A stretch of DNA of 59,896 bases, counting the filler. It is 5 parts of 5 records of this genome, joined end to end, with 100 filler letters (N's around TTAATTAATTAA, not from the genome) between each part and the next. Parts side by side here need not be neighbours in the genome. Positions count along the whole stretch, not along the records: positions 24,471 to 44,861 come from DRR723986_15165; positions 44,962 to 59,896 come from DRR723986_15170; 3 more parts are not named here. One strand, given 5' to 3'. How positions within the stretch are numbered: the first letter of the stretch is position 1; each line of letters opens with the position of its first letter. The translations under genes and the position numbers were made by a program. Of this stretch, positions 35,331 through 45,509 are shown in pieces. The notes under the pieces are model-generated. The model did not search any database. It was not told the DNA's origin and worked only from the letters and a program-made list of their open reading frames with translations.

Positions 35331-38105
35331 ATGCGCGGCCTCAATTCACTGCCGATAGTCGTTCTCTTGTGCTCCACTGCTTGGGCCGACATAGATTTCG
35401 TACGCGACGTGCAGCCAATTCTTCGCCAGCGTTGTTACCAATGCCACGGGGAAACAGCCCAACGAAGCGGATTGCGACTGGACATCAAGTCCGAAGCGTT
35501 TCGGGGAGGCGATGGATGGGGGCCAAGTATCGTGCCCCATGCTTCTGGCGACAGCCCGTTGGTTCAGTTGATCAAGTCGCAAGATCCTGACGAACGCATG
35601 CCTCCAGAAAAAGGCCCATTGTCCAAACGCGAGATTGGAGTGCTGGAGACTTGGATTCGCGAAGGCGCCGAGTGGCCAGAGGGCGTCGACCCAGCTCAAC
35701 TCGAGAACAAACTCGAGCACTGGAGTTTCAAACCGCGTCCCCAAGAGTACTCCTTGGATTCGATCGATGCATTTGTAGATCGAAAGCTTACCGAAAAGGG
35801 CCTTAGTCGGAATCCGCCCGCGGATCCCAACACACTGCTGCGTCGATTGCACTTGGACATCACCGGACTACCACCTACTCCCAGGGATGTCAGCAATTTC
35901 CTAGATGCGCCCAATGTACCTCAAGTAGTTGATCGGTTGCTGGCGTCCCCCCGTTACGGCGAACGCTGGGCCCAGCACTGGTTGGATGTGATTCGCTGGG
36001 CAGAAACCGTTGGCTTTGAGACAAACGCTGAGCGTCGAAACGCGTGGCACTACCGCGACTGGGTGATCCAGTCGCTCAATCAAGACAAGCCGTACGACGA
36101 ATTCATCTTTGAACAACTCGCTGGCGACACGATTGGACAAGATGCTGCGCTGGGTTTTCTCGTCGCTGGCCCTGCAAATCTCCCTGGTCAGATCGGTCGC
36201 GACGAAGCCGCCATGCGCGGCGCTCGACAAGACGAGCTAGACGAAGTCATTAACACGGTCAGTCAATCTTTTATGGGCTTGACCGTAGCTTGCGCTCGCT
36301 GTCACGACCACAAATTCGATCCGATCACCCAAGAAGATTACTATTCGATGCAAGCATTGTTCTCTGGCTTGCACTACGGATCACGACGACTGCGTGGCGA
36401 AAAGAATGATGCGATGGCTGCCCAAATACCGGCAGCGAGCCAGCAGGTAGCGGCGCTCAAACAATCGCTTGAGGAAATGCGTCAACGATTCGAGCTACGT
36501 GAGCCGGTCGCTGACGTTCACACGGAGACCTTCCCCCCAGTCCGCGCGACGGCAGTTCGGATGCAAATCAATGCAACGAACAACAACTCGGCAGCATCGC
36601 TGTATGAATTTCAAGTGTGGGACCACGATCCAGCGTCCGCCTCAAACCGAGATTTGGGCGCGAAGCGGCAATTCGCACAAGCAAGCGCACGAAACGTCGC
36701 GCTAGCAAGCCAAGGAGCCAAGATCAACGCTTCGAGCTTTGCATTGGCCAACCAGTCACGCCACTTCGACAATCTAGTTGACGGCACCGTCGATCGCCGG
36801 CAGTCCTACCCGTGGGTTGCAGCGAAGATCGGTCCAGCATGGCTGCAAGTCGACTTCCCGCTCGTGCAAACCATTTCATCGGTGACCTTCCATCGTGGCA
36901 ACAGTTCACCTGCCGACTTCCGTATCGAAATACTCAGTGCCGACGATGGCAAGTGGCATGAAGTCGTGCAGTCGAGGAAACGTCTACCAAGAATCGACGA
37001 CACGCGACCTGCTGAACAAATCGAACTTCCGACCGCTACGCTGGAAGAGAAACAGGAATTGGCCAAGCTGCTAGGGCGTCTTCGCAAAGCGCAATCGAGA
37101 CTCGCCAGCTTGAAAGCGGGACCTCAAGTCTACGCCGCGAGCTTTACGCAGCCATCAGGGGAAACGTTCCTTCTGCGTCGTGGCGACGCGATGCAACAAG
37201 CGTATTCGGTCGAGCCAGCCTTGCCTGAGTTCCTCGCGGACCTCGGTCTGAACCATAATGCCCCCGAGACATCTTGGCGCCTGGCATTGGCAAAGCACTT
37301 GACTGCGCCTGACCACCCTTTGACCGCTCGGGTGATCGTCAACCGCGTTTGGCACTACCACTTCGGAACCGGACTCGTCGATACACCATCGGACTTCGGA
37401 AGGATGGGCACCTCACCAACCCACCCAGAATTGCTCGACTGGCTGGCCGAGAAGTTGATCGAGGACGGTTGGTCGCTGAAGAAGTTGCACCGACGTATTC
37501 TACTCTCCCAGACGTATCAGCAATCAAGCGCTCCAAACGAAGAAGCGTCTTCGATTGATTCAGATTCTCGACTGCTATGGCGTTTCCCACCACGACGCGT
37601 TGAAGCCGAAACGTTGCGGGACGCCATTCTTGCCGTCAGCGGCAAGATCAACTTACAAGTTGGAGGCCGTGGATTCGACTTCTTCAACCAACGCGGCGGA
37701 CTTGCAGACTATAGACCCAAGCAGACATTTTCTGATTCGGGGTTCAGACGCATGATCTACGCCCATAAAGTGCGTATGATTTCCGTCGATGTTTTCGGAG
37801 CATTTGATTGTCCCGACGCCGGACAGATGAAACCCAGCCGGACGCGTTCAATCACGCCAGTGCAGTCACTTGGCCTGTTCAATAGCCCCTTCGTCCTCCG
37901 GCAGGCCGCCTTCTTTGCCGATCGAGTTCGCGTTGAGGCGGGTGACGAGGCAGCCGAGCAAGTGGAGCGAACGTTCGAAATCGCTTTCTCGCGACAACCA
38001 ACACAACTTGAAAAGGAACGCTTGGTTCCCTTCGTCGAACAACACGGACTTGCCAGCCTGTGCCGCGCGATTCTGAACACTAGTGAGTTTGCTTTCATCC
38101 AATGA
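35331..38105 (+). CDS. Planctomycete cytochrome c / DUF1549 / DUF1553 protein with inserted discoidin-like module
   Basis: [45 protein letters not shown]. Confidence 0.92.
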   Translation: MRGLNSLPIVVLLCSTAWADIDFVRDVQPILRQRCYQCHGETAQRSGLRLDIKSEAFRGGDGWGPSIVPHASGDSPLVQLIKSQDPDERMPPEKGPLSKREIGVLETWIREGAEWPEGVDPAQLENKLEHWSFKPRPQEYSLDSIDAFVDRKLTEKGLSRNPPADPNTLLRRLHLDITGLPPTPRDVSNFLDAPNVPQVVDRLLASPRYGERWAQHWLDVIRWAETVGFETNAERRNAWHYRDWVIQSLNQDKPYDEFIFEQLAGDTIGQDAALGFLVAGPANLPGQIGRDEAAMRGARQDELDEVINTVSQSFMGLTVACARCHDHKFDPITQEDYYSMQALFSGLHYGSRRLRGEKNDAMAAQIPAASQQVAALKQSLEEMRQRFELREPVADVHTETFPPVRATAVRMQINATNNNSAASLYEFQVWDHDPASASNRDLGAKRQFAQASARNVALASQGAKINASSFALANQSRHFDNLVDGTVDRRQSYPWVAAKIGPAWLQVDFPLVQTISSVTFHRGNSSPADFRIEILSADDGKWHEVVQSRKRLPRIDDTRPAEQIELPTATLEEKQELAKLLGRLRKAQSRLASLKAGPQVYAASFTQPSGETFLLRRGDAMQQAYSVEPALPEFLADLGLNHNAPETSWRLALAKHLTAPDHPLTARVIVNRVWHYHFGTGLVDTPSDFGRMGTSPTHPELLDWLAEKLIEDGWSLKKLHRRILLSQTYQQSSAPNEEASSIDSDSRLLWRFPPRRVEAETLRDAILAVSGKINLQVGGRGFDFFNQRGGLADYRPKQTFSDSGFRRMIYAHKVRMISVDVFGAFDCPDAGQMKPSRTRSITPVQSLGLFNSPFVLRQAAFFADRVRVEAGDEAAEQVERTFEIAFSRQPTQLEKERLVPFVEQHGLASLCRAILNTSEFAFIQ

Positions 38106-39511
38106 CATTGCCTGCACCTCCAGCCAGTTCGGCCACTCATCCCGACCGTCGTGGCTTTCTGTCATCGATCGCGCTTTCAGCCATGCTCGCCGGCCGACCA
38201 ACATCGGCAGCCGAACAAAGCCCCCACTTTGCGGCAAAAGCGAAGAATGTAATCGTCGTTTTTTGCTCCGGTGCACTTAGCCAAGTTGATACGTTTGACT
38301 ACAAACCAGAACTGGAAAAGTTTGACGGGCAACCTCTGCCTGGCAGCGAGCGTCTGGTCTCGTTCCAAGGTCCCAACGGCAACCTCACGCGTCCCCTCTG
38401 GAAGTTTCGGCCGCGCGGCCAGAGTGGCAAGATGGTTTCCGACCTCCTGCCGCACATCGGGAGCATGGCCGACGAACTGTGCTTCATCCACTCCATGACC
38501 AACACTTCCAACACGCACGGCCCAGCCGAAAACGTGATGAACACGGGCTTCGCCTTTGATGGCTTCCCCAGCATGGGCTCCTGGGTCAACTACGCACTAG
38601 GCAGCGAAAACGACGACCTTCCGGCCTTCGTTGCGATTGAGGATCCACGAGGGAACCCGCAATCTGGGCCAAACAATTGGGCAAGTGGCTTTCTGCCCGC
38701 CGCTCATCAAGGGACACCATTCTCCAGCACGAAGCCGATTCGCTACCTGGATCCTCCCGCAGATGTTTCCTCAACGACAAACACAGCCACTCAAGAGACA
38801 ATCGACTTTCTCGATCGCGAGCATCTTCGCCGACACCCGGGCGACGAAGAGCTAAAGGCGCGTCTGGCTAGCTATGAACTTGCTGCCCGTATGCAACTCT
38901 CTGTACCAGAGGCAGTTGGCGTTGCCTCCGAACCGCAACACGTATTGTCACTCTACGGAGCTGACAGCAAGAATCCGACTAAGGCAGCCTTCGCCAAGAA
39001 CTGCATTCTCGCGCGGCGCCTGATCGAACGAGGAGTGCGGTTCGTCCAACTGTTTAACGGTGCGTACGCTTCCGGCGGGAAGCTAAACTGGGACGCGCAC
39101 AGTCAGATCAAGCAGCAGTATGACCAACATGGCGACATCCTTGACCAGCCCGTCGCAGGCATGCTCAAAGACCTTAAGCAGCGCGGATTGCTGGACGAGA
39201 CACTTGTGATCTTCGCTACTGAGTTTGGACGCATGCCGATGTTCCAGATGGGAACTTTTGGCCGCGACCACAATCCGCATGGGTTTACGTGCTGGCTAGC
39301 CGGAGCCGGAGTTAAACCGGCCTACTCATATGGTGCCACAGATCAATTCGGCTTTAAGGCGGCCGAGCAGGTCGTCACACCACCCGACTTCCATGCCACC
39401 ATCCTTCATCTTCTTGGGTTGGATCACGAGAAACTAACCTATTACCACAACGGTATCCAGCGACGCCTGACCAACGTTGAGGGGCACGTCATCAAAGAGG
39501 TTTTGAAATAG
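38102..39511 (+). CDS. DUF1501 protein
   Basis: DRRGFL Tat-like motif, [35 protein letters not shown]-coupled. Confidence 0.93.
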   Translation: MTLPAPPASSATHPDRRGFLSSIALSAMLAGRPTSAAEQSPHFAAKAKNVIVVFCSGALSQVDTFDYKPELEKFDGQPLPGSERLVSFQGPNGNLTRPLWKFRPRGQSGKMVSDLLPHIGSMADELCFIHSMTNTSNTHGPAENVMNTGFAFDGFPSMGSWVNYALGSENDDLPAFVAIEDPRGNPQSGPNNWASGFLPAAHQGTPFSSTKPIRYLDPPADVSSTTNTATQETIDFLDREHLRRHPGDEELKARLASYELAARMQLSVPEAVGVASEPQHVLSLYGADSKNPTKAAFAKNCILARRLIERGVRFVQLFNGAYASGGKLNWDAHSQIKQQYDQHGDILDQPVAGMLKDLKQRGLLDETLVIFATEFGRMPMFQMGTFGRDHNPHGFTCWLAGAGVKPAYSYGATDQFGFKAAEQVVTPPDFHATILHLLGLDHEKLTYYHNGIQRRLTNVEGHVIKEVLK

Positions 39512-40431
39512 TGAGCAGCTCCTACCCAATGAATGCCCCCCGCACGATACGGTTAGCTCGACCGATCAGCTTGATAAAACTCGGGATTGCATTTGCCTGC
39601 TACGTCGCTTGCATTGGCCTGCCCGCAATGACCATGCTCTCTGTCGCCTTGCTTCCGCGAACCGCAGTGGCTCAACTGTTCGAGAGCTCGGTCGTCGGCA
39701 CGGATTTCGACTTCATAACCGAGGACGACCCGTCGACTTTTGAGGAACTTCGGTACGTTAGTAGAGGTCGAGCTGAGATGCCGGACAAGCGAGGCGAAGA
39801 TGCCCCGCTTTTTCGCGACGCGTTTCTGTTTGAGGCCTCGTTCGAAGGCGACAAGACAATTCAGATTTTCATCAGCGCGGAGTTCAAGACCAAGCAATCT
39901 GCTGAGTCGGAGGCTAAACGTTACGTTCAGCCGCTTGGCAAGCTGCCAAACATCCTCCGTAGTGGCGTCAATCGATTGATCGTGCATCGTGGAGGGCCGA
40001 CGACTACTGCGTTCAGCGACATTGGCCTAATCGTCGTTTACTCAGACAACGCGAGCCGTCGCATCAAGACGCACGACTTGGAAGAGACGATTTTTCATGA
40101 GTCCGTGCACGCGGCCTGGGACGCTAAGTACGCAGCTTCGAAGGCGTGGCGCAGAGCCCAGGCGGCAGATGGAGCCTATGCGACACGGTACGCGCAGCGA
40201 CTGCCGGAAAGGGAAGACCTCGCCGAATCAACTCTTTTTGCGTACACGGTTTTGTACAATCCAGACCGCATCCCAGACGATGACCTCAAGAAGATCCGCG
40301 AACTGATGCCGAATCGAATTGCATTCGTGGCGGACCGCATTCCGGTTCCAAGCGTTCCGAATGAAGACTCACAAAGCAAATCGCCCTCGAAATCACCGTC
40401 AGAATCGCCAGCCACGCCGCCTTCAGTTTAG
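39511..40431 (+). CDS. Secreted HEXXH-motif protein (possible zincin)
   Basis: IFHESVH followed by YA...EDLAES; hydrophobic N-terminus. Confidence 0.65.
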   Translation: MSSSYPMNAPRTIRLARPISLIKLGIAFACYVACIGLPAMTMLSVALLPRTAVAQLFESSVVGTDFDFITEDDPSTFEELRYVSRGRAEMPDKRGEDAPLFRDAFLFEASFEGDKTIQIFISAEFKTKQSAESEAKRYVQPLGKLPNILRSGVNRLIVHRGGPTTTAFSDIGLIVVYSDNASRRIKTHDLEETIFHESVHAAWDAKYAASKAWRRAQAADGAYATRYAQRLPEREDLAESTLFAYTVLYNPDRIPDDDLKKIRELMPNRIAFVADRIPVPSVPNEDSQSKSPSKSPSESPATPPSV

Positions 40432-40739
40432 CCCTTCGGCACGCCTGGTTGAGCTGCGGCTGCTTCTTGTCAAACAGAATCTAATCAAACAGATACACCG
40501 GTATCATCGGATCGTTAGCTTGCAACTCCTACTTTGGTGTCATCATGCTCTGCCAAACTCTTCGCATCCCAAGGCTTCAACCTAGTCGGGTCCAAATTCT
40601 GTTTCAATCGATTAAGCTATGCCATTGACGCGACTCTTTGGTTTGTCGACAACTTTCGATCTTCCAACGTTTGAGTCCGCATTGATCGATTCCTTGCACG
40701 CACGACGCCTCCGGCCCTTAAATTCGTTTCACTACCAGC

Positions 40740-41810
40740 ATGTCGCAACCACAAACCGACTTGAATACAGACGATCTTCGCATCGTGAAAATGAAGAATC
40801 TCCTCGCGCCAAAGGAGCTTCTGGCTGAAATACCTGCAACCGCTGACGTTGCCCAAGCGGTGATCGATGGCCGAAAAGGAATTCAGAAGATTCTTGCCAA
40901 GGAAGATGACCGGTTGGTGGTCGTTGTCGGGCCTTGTTCAATCCATGATCCCGAAGCCGCAATTGAATACTGTGAGCTTCTGCGTCAGGAACAACTTAAG
41001 CACGCCGGTGAGCTACTCGTGGTCATGCGTGTTTACTTTGAAAAACCTCGAACAACCGTCGGTTGGAAGGGCCTCATCAACGATCCCGGCCTCAACGACA
41101 GTTTCGAAATCAATAAAGGCCTACGGATAGCGAGAGGGCTCTTGCGTGACATCAACGCAATGGGGCTACCAACCGGCACCGAATTTCTCGACTTAATTAG
41201 TCCTCAATACGTGGCCGACTTAGTTGCTTGGGGAGCTATTGGCGCGCGAACGACAGAGAGCCAGGGGCACCGCGAGTTGTCCAGCGGTTTGTCTTGCCCA
41301 GTCGGTTTCAAGAATGGCACCGGCGGGAATGTTCAGATTGCCGTCGATGCAATTTGTTCCGCTAGTCGCCCCCACCATTTCTTGTCAGTAACAAAAGACG
41401 GAACATCCGCGATCTTCGCCACCTCTGGCAACTCGGACTGTCACATCATCATGCGAGGTGGAATACACACCAACTACGATGCGGCCAGTACTGACATGGC
41501 AGCCGAACTGCTTGAAAAGGCCAAGTTAACGCCCCGCATTATGATTGATTGCAGCCACGCCAACAGCCGGAAACTCCACCATCGCCAACGGTACGTCTGC
41601 CGCGACGTCTGCGCTCAAGTGGCCGGAGGCGATGACCGGATTATGGGCGTAATGCTCGAGAGCAACCTACTGGAAGGCAACCAGAAACTCAGTGCCCAAC
41701 CACTTGTTCGTGGCGTTAGCGTTACAGATGCCTGCATTGGCTGGGACGAAACTAAACTTGTTCTGGCAGATCTCGCCGAGGCCGTCACGGCTCGGAGAGG
41801 CGCGAGCTAG
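40740..41810 (+). CDS. DAHP synthase class I-alpha (AroF/G/H family)
   Basis: GPCSIHD, RVYFEKPRTTVGWKG, IGARTTESQ, DCSHANS, SVTDAC. Confidence 0.96.
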   Translation: MSQPQTDLNTDDLRIVKMKNLLAPKELLAEIPATADVAQAVIDGRKGIQKILAKEDDRLVVVVGPCSIHDPEAAIEYCELLRQEQLKHAGELLVVMRVYFEKPRTTVGWKGLINDPGLNDSFEINKGLRIARGLLRDINAMGLPTGTEFLDLISPQYVADLVAWGAIGARTTESQGHRELSSGLSCPVGFKNGTGGNVQIAVDAICSASRPHHFLSVTKDGTSAIFATSGNSDCHIIMRGGIHTNYDAASTDMAAELLEKAKLTPRIMIDCSHANSRKLHHRQRYVCRDVCAQVAGGDDRIMGVMLESNLLEGNQKLSAQPLVRGVSVTDACIGWDETKLVLADLAEAVTARRGAS

Positions 41811-41842
41811 CTTTCACACACAACTTAGAATTCAGGTTTCAA

Positions 41843-42475
41843 CTACCACTGGCTTTCAGTCGCCACCTTTTTATCCGCCAAGACAAACCGCTTTCGGCTG
41901 CCCGAACGATCCACGTCAATCTGAATCGACTCAAGCGGATAAGCTCGAACGGCCCCGCGAGCCATTGCCAGACCACGCCAAGCCGCCTTGGTGCGCTGCC
42001 CGTTTAGGCTCTCGACTACGTCTCCCGGTTCGATGCCCACCTCGGCGGCAGGCGAACCATCTGACACTTCTCCAACGATCAGTTTTCCATTTCGATCAAC
42101 ATCGAACGTAATACCTGTCGTATTGATGCAGAAGGGACTGTCGAGTGAGTCATTCGGTTCAACATCAATTTCTGATTCTGCGAAGCGAATTCGATAGTCA
42201 AAACGCCGAAGTGCATCCAACCCAACGCTTGTCTCGTCGGATTCAATACATGGTACGTCCCGCAAAGTACTACCGAATAGTTCTATGGTCGGCACGCGAA
42301 TGGCTCGTTTTTTAGATATCCCCTTGGCCGTAAGCGTAGATGTATCTGGAAGCCGTTGTACACCGGGGATCTTCAGTACCTTCGCAAACAATTCCTGCGA
42401 CAAGGAGATTGGAGAATTTGCGCCAGTATCTAGCAGGGCTCGTGGAATCGGCTGACCTTCAACCACAAGACTCAT
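41843..42475 (-). CDS. Retropepsin-like aspartyl protease domain plus PDZ
   Basis: LLDTGA, VGLDALRRF, GSPAAEVGIEPGDVVESLNG. Confidence 0.75.
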   Translation of the reverse strand: MSLVVEGQPIPRALLDTGANSPISLSQELFAKVLKIPGVQRLPDTSTLTAKGISKKRAIRVPTIELFGSTLRDVPCIESDETSVGLDALRRFDYRIRFAESEIDVEPNDSLDSPFCINTTGITFDVDRNGKLIVGEVSDGSPAAEVGIEPGDVVESLNGQRTKAAWRGLAMARGAVRAYPLESIQIDVDRSGSRKRFVLADKKVATESQW

Positions 42476-43002
42476 CGTGTGGTATAGGCCGTTTGATTCC
42501 TCGAGCTGAAACTTTTACCGGTAAAGTAACACCGATCGACCGAGCTATAGCACAAGGTTCCTCCCCGGAGAAAGGCTGACCCGAGCACTGCAACATAGTG
42601 ATCACCGAGAATTCTGCGCATCGGATACAGATTGTGCATGACGACAGGTGATAGTTTCTGTTCTCCTAATCTGGACCTGACCCAACAAGCGGAATATAGA
42701 TCCATCTCGACAGGACCACCAGGCATAGAAACTTGGACTTGCTGACCAAGCCCGTGGCAATAAATGCGAAATGCGTCATCGAATACGGACACACTGGCGC
42801 CCGTATCAATGAAAGCCGAGTGTTGCTTGCCATTCATCCACAATTCGAATCGGATTGGGCAATCGCTCAAAGCTTCCTCACCGGAGGGAGTGAGTCGCGT
42901 TTCCCCCGGAAACAACGCGATGCACAACAAGAGTTTTAATAACACCAGCACACTCCTCCCTCTCAGCGAAAGACGACTCGCCTTGATTCTTTTACGCCGC
43001 AA
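42472..43002 (-). CDS. Retropepsin-like aspartyl protease domain (N-terminal partner, possibly a frameshifted gene)
   Basis: FIDTGAS, VLGSAFL; ATGA overlap with the downstream half. Confidence 0.6.
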   Translation of the reverse strand: MRRKRIKASRLSLRGRSVLVLLKLLLCIALFPGETRLTPSGEEALSDCPIRFELWMNGKQHSAFIDTGASVSVFDDAFRIYCHGLGQQVQVSMPGGPVEMDLYSACWVRSRLGEQKLSPVVMHNLYPMRRILGDHYVAVLGSAFLRGGTLCYSSVDRCYFTGKSFSSRNQTAYTTR

Positions 43003-43133
43003 TGACTACAGAACTTGGCTGGCACGTACGAATTCCGGATACCAAATCTTAGCAAATCCCGAGTGACTTCAAGAGTGACAAAACTGAAGAGGGTGCAAAT
43101 AGCAGACTATGCGGGGCAACGGCAGTGTTTCAG

Positions 43134-44558
43134 CTAGCGCGACTCCAATACTTGATAACAACTCAAGACGCGATCGTTTCTCAAGTAGATGTTCGTGCCG
43201 GCAAGGGCAGGGTAGGTCCACAATACCGTTCGGCCCATCGTCTTGGTGGTTGGATCAATCGCGTGAAAACGTGACACTTCACGGTACGATTCTGGCGTCA
43301 ATTCTGCGTGAATCAAATCGCCGGTTTCACTGAGAATCACCGTATCACCTCCAACATCGATCAAGAACGCTGAACCATGCGCACTTCCACGACCACGCGT
43401 TGATCCTGTCGTTGGAACCGCGGACTGCCACAACCGCTTTCCCGTTGCCGCTTCAAAACACATCAAAGCCCCAGAGCTTATATCGGCTCCGTAGATATGG
43501 TCGCCCTTCCAGATGGCATTGGATGTGGCTAGATAAAGAGAACTCTTCGGAACCCCACGCCAGAGCAGCTCGGCTGCGGGACGTTCGCGGGATAGTTTGA
43601 ACATCACAGAAGTGCGACGTTCGCCCGACACGAACAACAGCTTGCCATCAGTGATCGGCGGCAGAATCGACATGCCAAACCCAGGTGCCACTGCCTCACG
43701 CCAATACTGCTCACCGGTGTCGGGATTCAAGCTATAAAGGGTTGTTGGGTCCCAGATCATCAATTGATCAACTCCTCCGGCCGCCACAATAGATGGTGGG
43801 CAGTATCCCGTTTCATTGTCTTGCGACGAGAGGGATTTCCATTTCACTGCACCTGTGGACAGATCGAAGGCGACGACGAGCGATCCGGCCCCACCGACCA
43901 TGCATATCAGTCTGTCCTCGTAGACGAGTGGTGAAGCAGCGTGTCCCCAAAGCGGTGTTTTGGCTCCGAAATCATCCGTGAATGATCTCTGCCAAATGAC
44001 CTCACCATTTTTCAAGTCTAAGCACAGCAAGTCACCTTCACTGCCGAGCGAATAGACTCGTTCGGTATGGATGGTTGGAGTCGCCCTCGGACCGCTGGGG
44101 TACGAAACACTGTATGGCCGGTCATAGCTGTGCTGCCAGAGCCTCTTGCCGGTTCTCGAGTCGTAGCATGATATGCGTTCTTTGCCCGTAAGCTTGTCGC
44201 GTGCACCGGCGTTGTTTGTAATCTTTCCCGACTCAAGCAAGTAGTCTGACAAGATCAACCGATCGCCAACAATCACAGGCCCCGAGTACCCAAGCCCAAC
44301 ATCGACGGACCAAACCGGCTTCGGCGACTGCGGGAATGCCACTTTGAGCTGGCTGTCCAGAGTTCCGTCGCGGTTTGGCCCATTCCAACTTGGCCAATCC
44401 TGCCCGACTGAAACCGAGCACGACATGAACACAGCGATGGTCGTTAAGAACAATTTCCAGCCCACCCCGTTTCTCAGTAGGACACGCCGCTCGGAGCAAC
44501 CCAATGCACCTGCACAGCTTTGAGCTATGGCCGACAAAACACTTCCAATATGATTCAT
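43134..44558 (-). CDS. PQQ-like/BamB-type beta-propeller protein; start uncertain
   Basis: DWPSWNGPNRDG, GYSGPVI, GPRATPTI, repeated TGxxxW blades. Confidence 0.88.
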   Translation of the reverse strand: MNHIGSVLSAIAQSCAGALGCSERRVLLRNGVGWKLFLTTIAVFMSCSVSVGQDWPSWNGPNRDGTLDSQLKVAFPQSPKPVWSVDVGLGYSGPVIVGDRLILSDYLLESGKITNNAGARDKLTGKERISCYDSRTGKRLWQHSYDRPYSVSYPSGPRATPTIHTERVYSLGSEGDLLCLDLKNGEVIWQRSFTDDFGAKTPLWGHAASPLVYEDRLICMVGGAGSLVVAFDLSTGAVKWKSLSSQDNETGYCPPSIVAAGGVDQLMIWDPTTLYSLNPDTGEQYWREAVAPGFGMSILPPITDGKLLFVSGERRTSVMFKLSRERPAAELLWRGVPKSSLYLATSNAIWKGDHIYGADISSGALMCFEAATGKRLWQSAVPTTGSTRGRGSAHGSAFLIDVGGDTVILSETGDLIHAELTPESYREVSRFHAIDPTTKTMGRTVLWTYPALAGTNIYLRNDRVLSCYQVLESR

Positions 44559-44665
44559 TGATGATTCCAATTCGGCAGGGTCTGTGAACACGGATTGCTG
44601 CGAGTCGCTCTCGCATTGAACTCCAACAACTCTTCGGCGAGCTTTCATTTTACCGAAAGACGAAA

Positions 44666-44861
44666 GTAGTAGGCACACTCCGTGTGCCGTCGATCCCCAA
44701 ACAGTAGTAGAGGCACACTCCGAGTGCCGTAGCCATCGGCCACCACAAGCGAGCCCGCACCGACATTATCAATTCAGAAGCCACCGCAAAATTCGTGTTG
44801 AAGATACGGACAGACATTTTAGAGATTCAAACGCGGACGGCACACGGAGTGTGCCTGCTAC
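44666..44861. repeat. GTAG-type REP cluster (two direct copies, one inverted)
   Basis: GTAGTAGGCACACTCCGTGTGCCGTC at 44666-44691, variant at 44704-44730, inverted copy at 44836-44861. Confidence 0.85.
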
Positions 44862-44961
44862 NNNNNNNNNNNNNNNNNNNNNNNNNNNNNNNNNNNNNNN
44901 NNNNNTTAATTAATTAANNNNNNNNNNNNNNNNNNNNNNNNNNNNNNNNNNNNNNNNNNNN
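44862..44961. other. Artificial contig spacer
   Basis: N run with TTAATTAATTAA at 44906-44917. Confidence 0.98.
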
Positions 44962-45188
44962 TTATCAGTTTTCAAATCTTCAACCGCTAAACCCAACTCT
45001 CAACCCTCAAAACCCAAACCACCGACCGCAAAACCGCTTTGCCTTGCAATTGTCAATTCTCAAATTAGTTGGGAGTCAAAGTCAAATGTTACCCCCAATC
45101 CAGAGGCGCTCAAATGCCGTTCTGCCGGCCGTATGCCTCCCGTTCTTCTCCATTTAGCCAATTGCTAACTTGCGAGGCTTTCTGAAAT

Positions 45189-45215
45189 AAGCTGGTAGCC
45201 TAAGGCTAACAGCTT
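45189..45215. repeat. REP-like palindrome, copy 3
   Basis: AAGCTGGTAGCC-TAA-GGCTAACAGCTT, one mismatch to copy 2. Confidence 0.8.
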
Positions 45216-45509
45216 TGGAGTCTGCCAATTCCGCAACTATCCGCATCAAGCCTAAAAATACTCCCAGCTCATAGACTTAAGGCTCCCGGCTGAACAGCTA
45301 ACAAAGTTAAAACAGCAAGCCGGCGAATACCCTGAAAGGGGAAGAAGGCGAAGCGCTCAAGGCTCTGCGTAGGAATTGTTAACTCTAGCCAAAACAGTCA
45401 CAGTCTTATGCCAACAATCCAGAGACGTTTGGCAAAGCCCGCGGAATCCGTATTTTGCGCTGCATGACAATTGCAAATTATGTGAAAAGTTAAAAGGTGT
45501 TAGCTTCTG

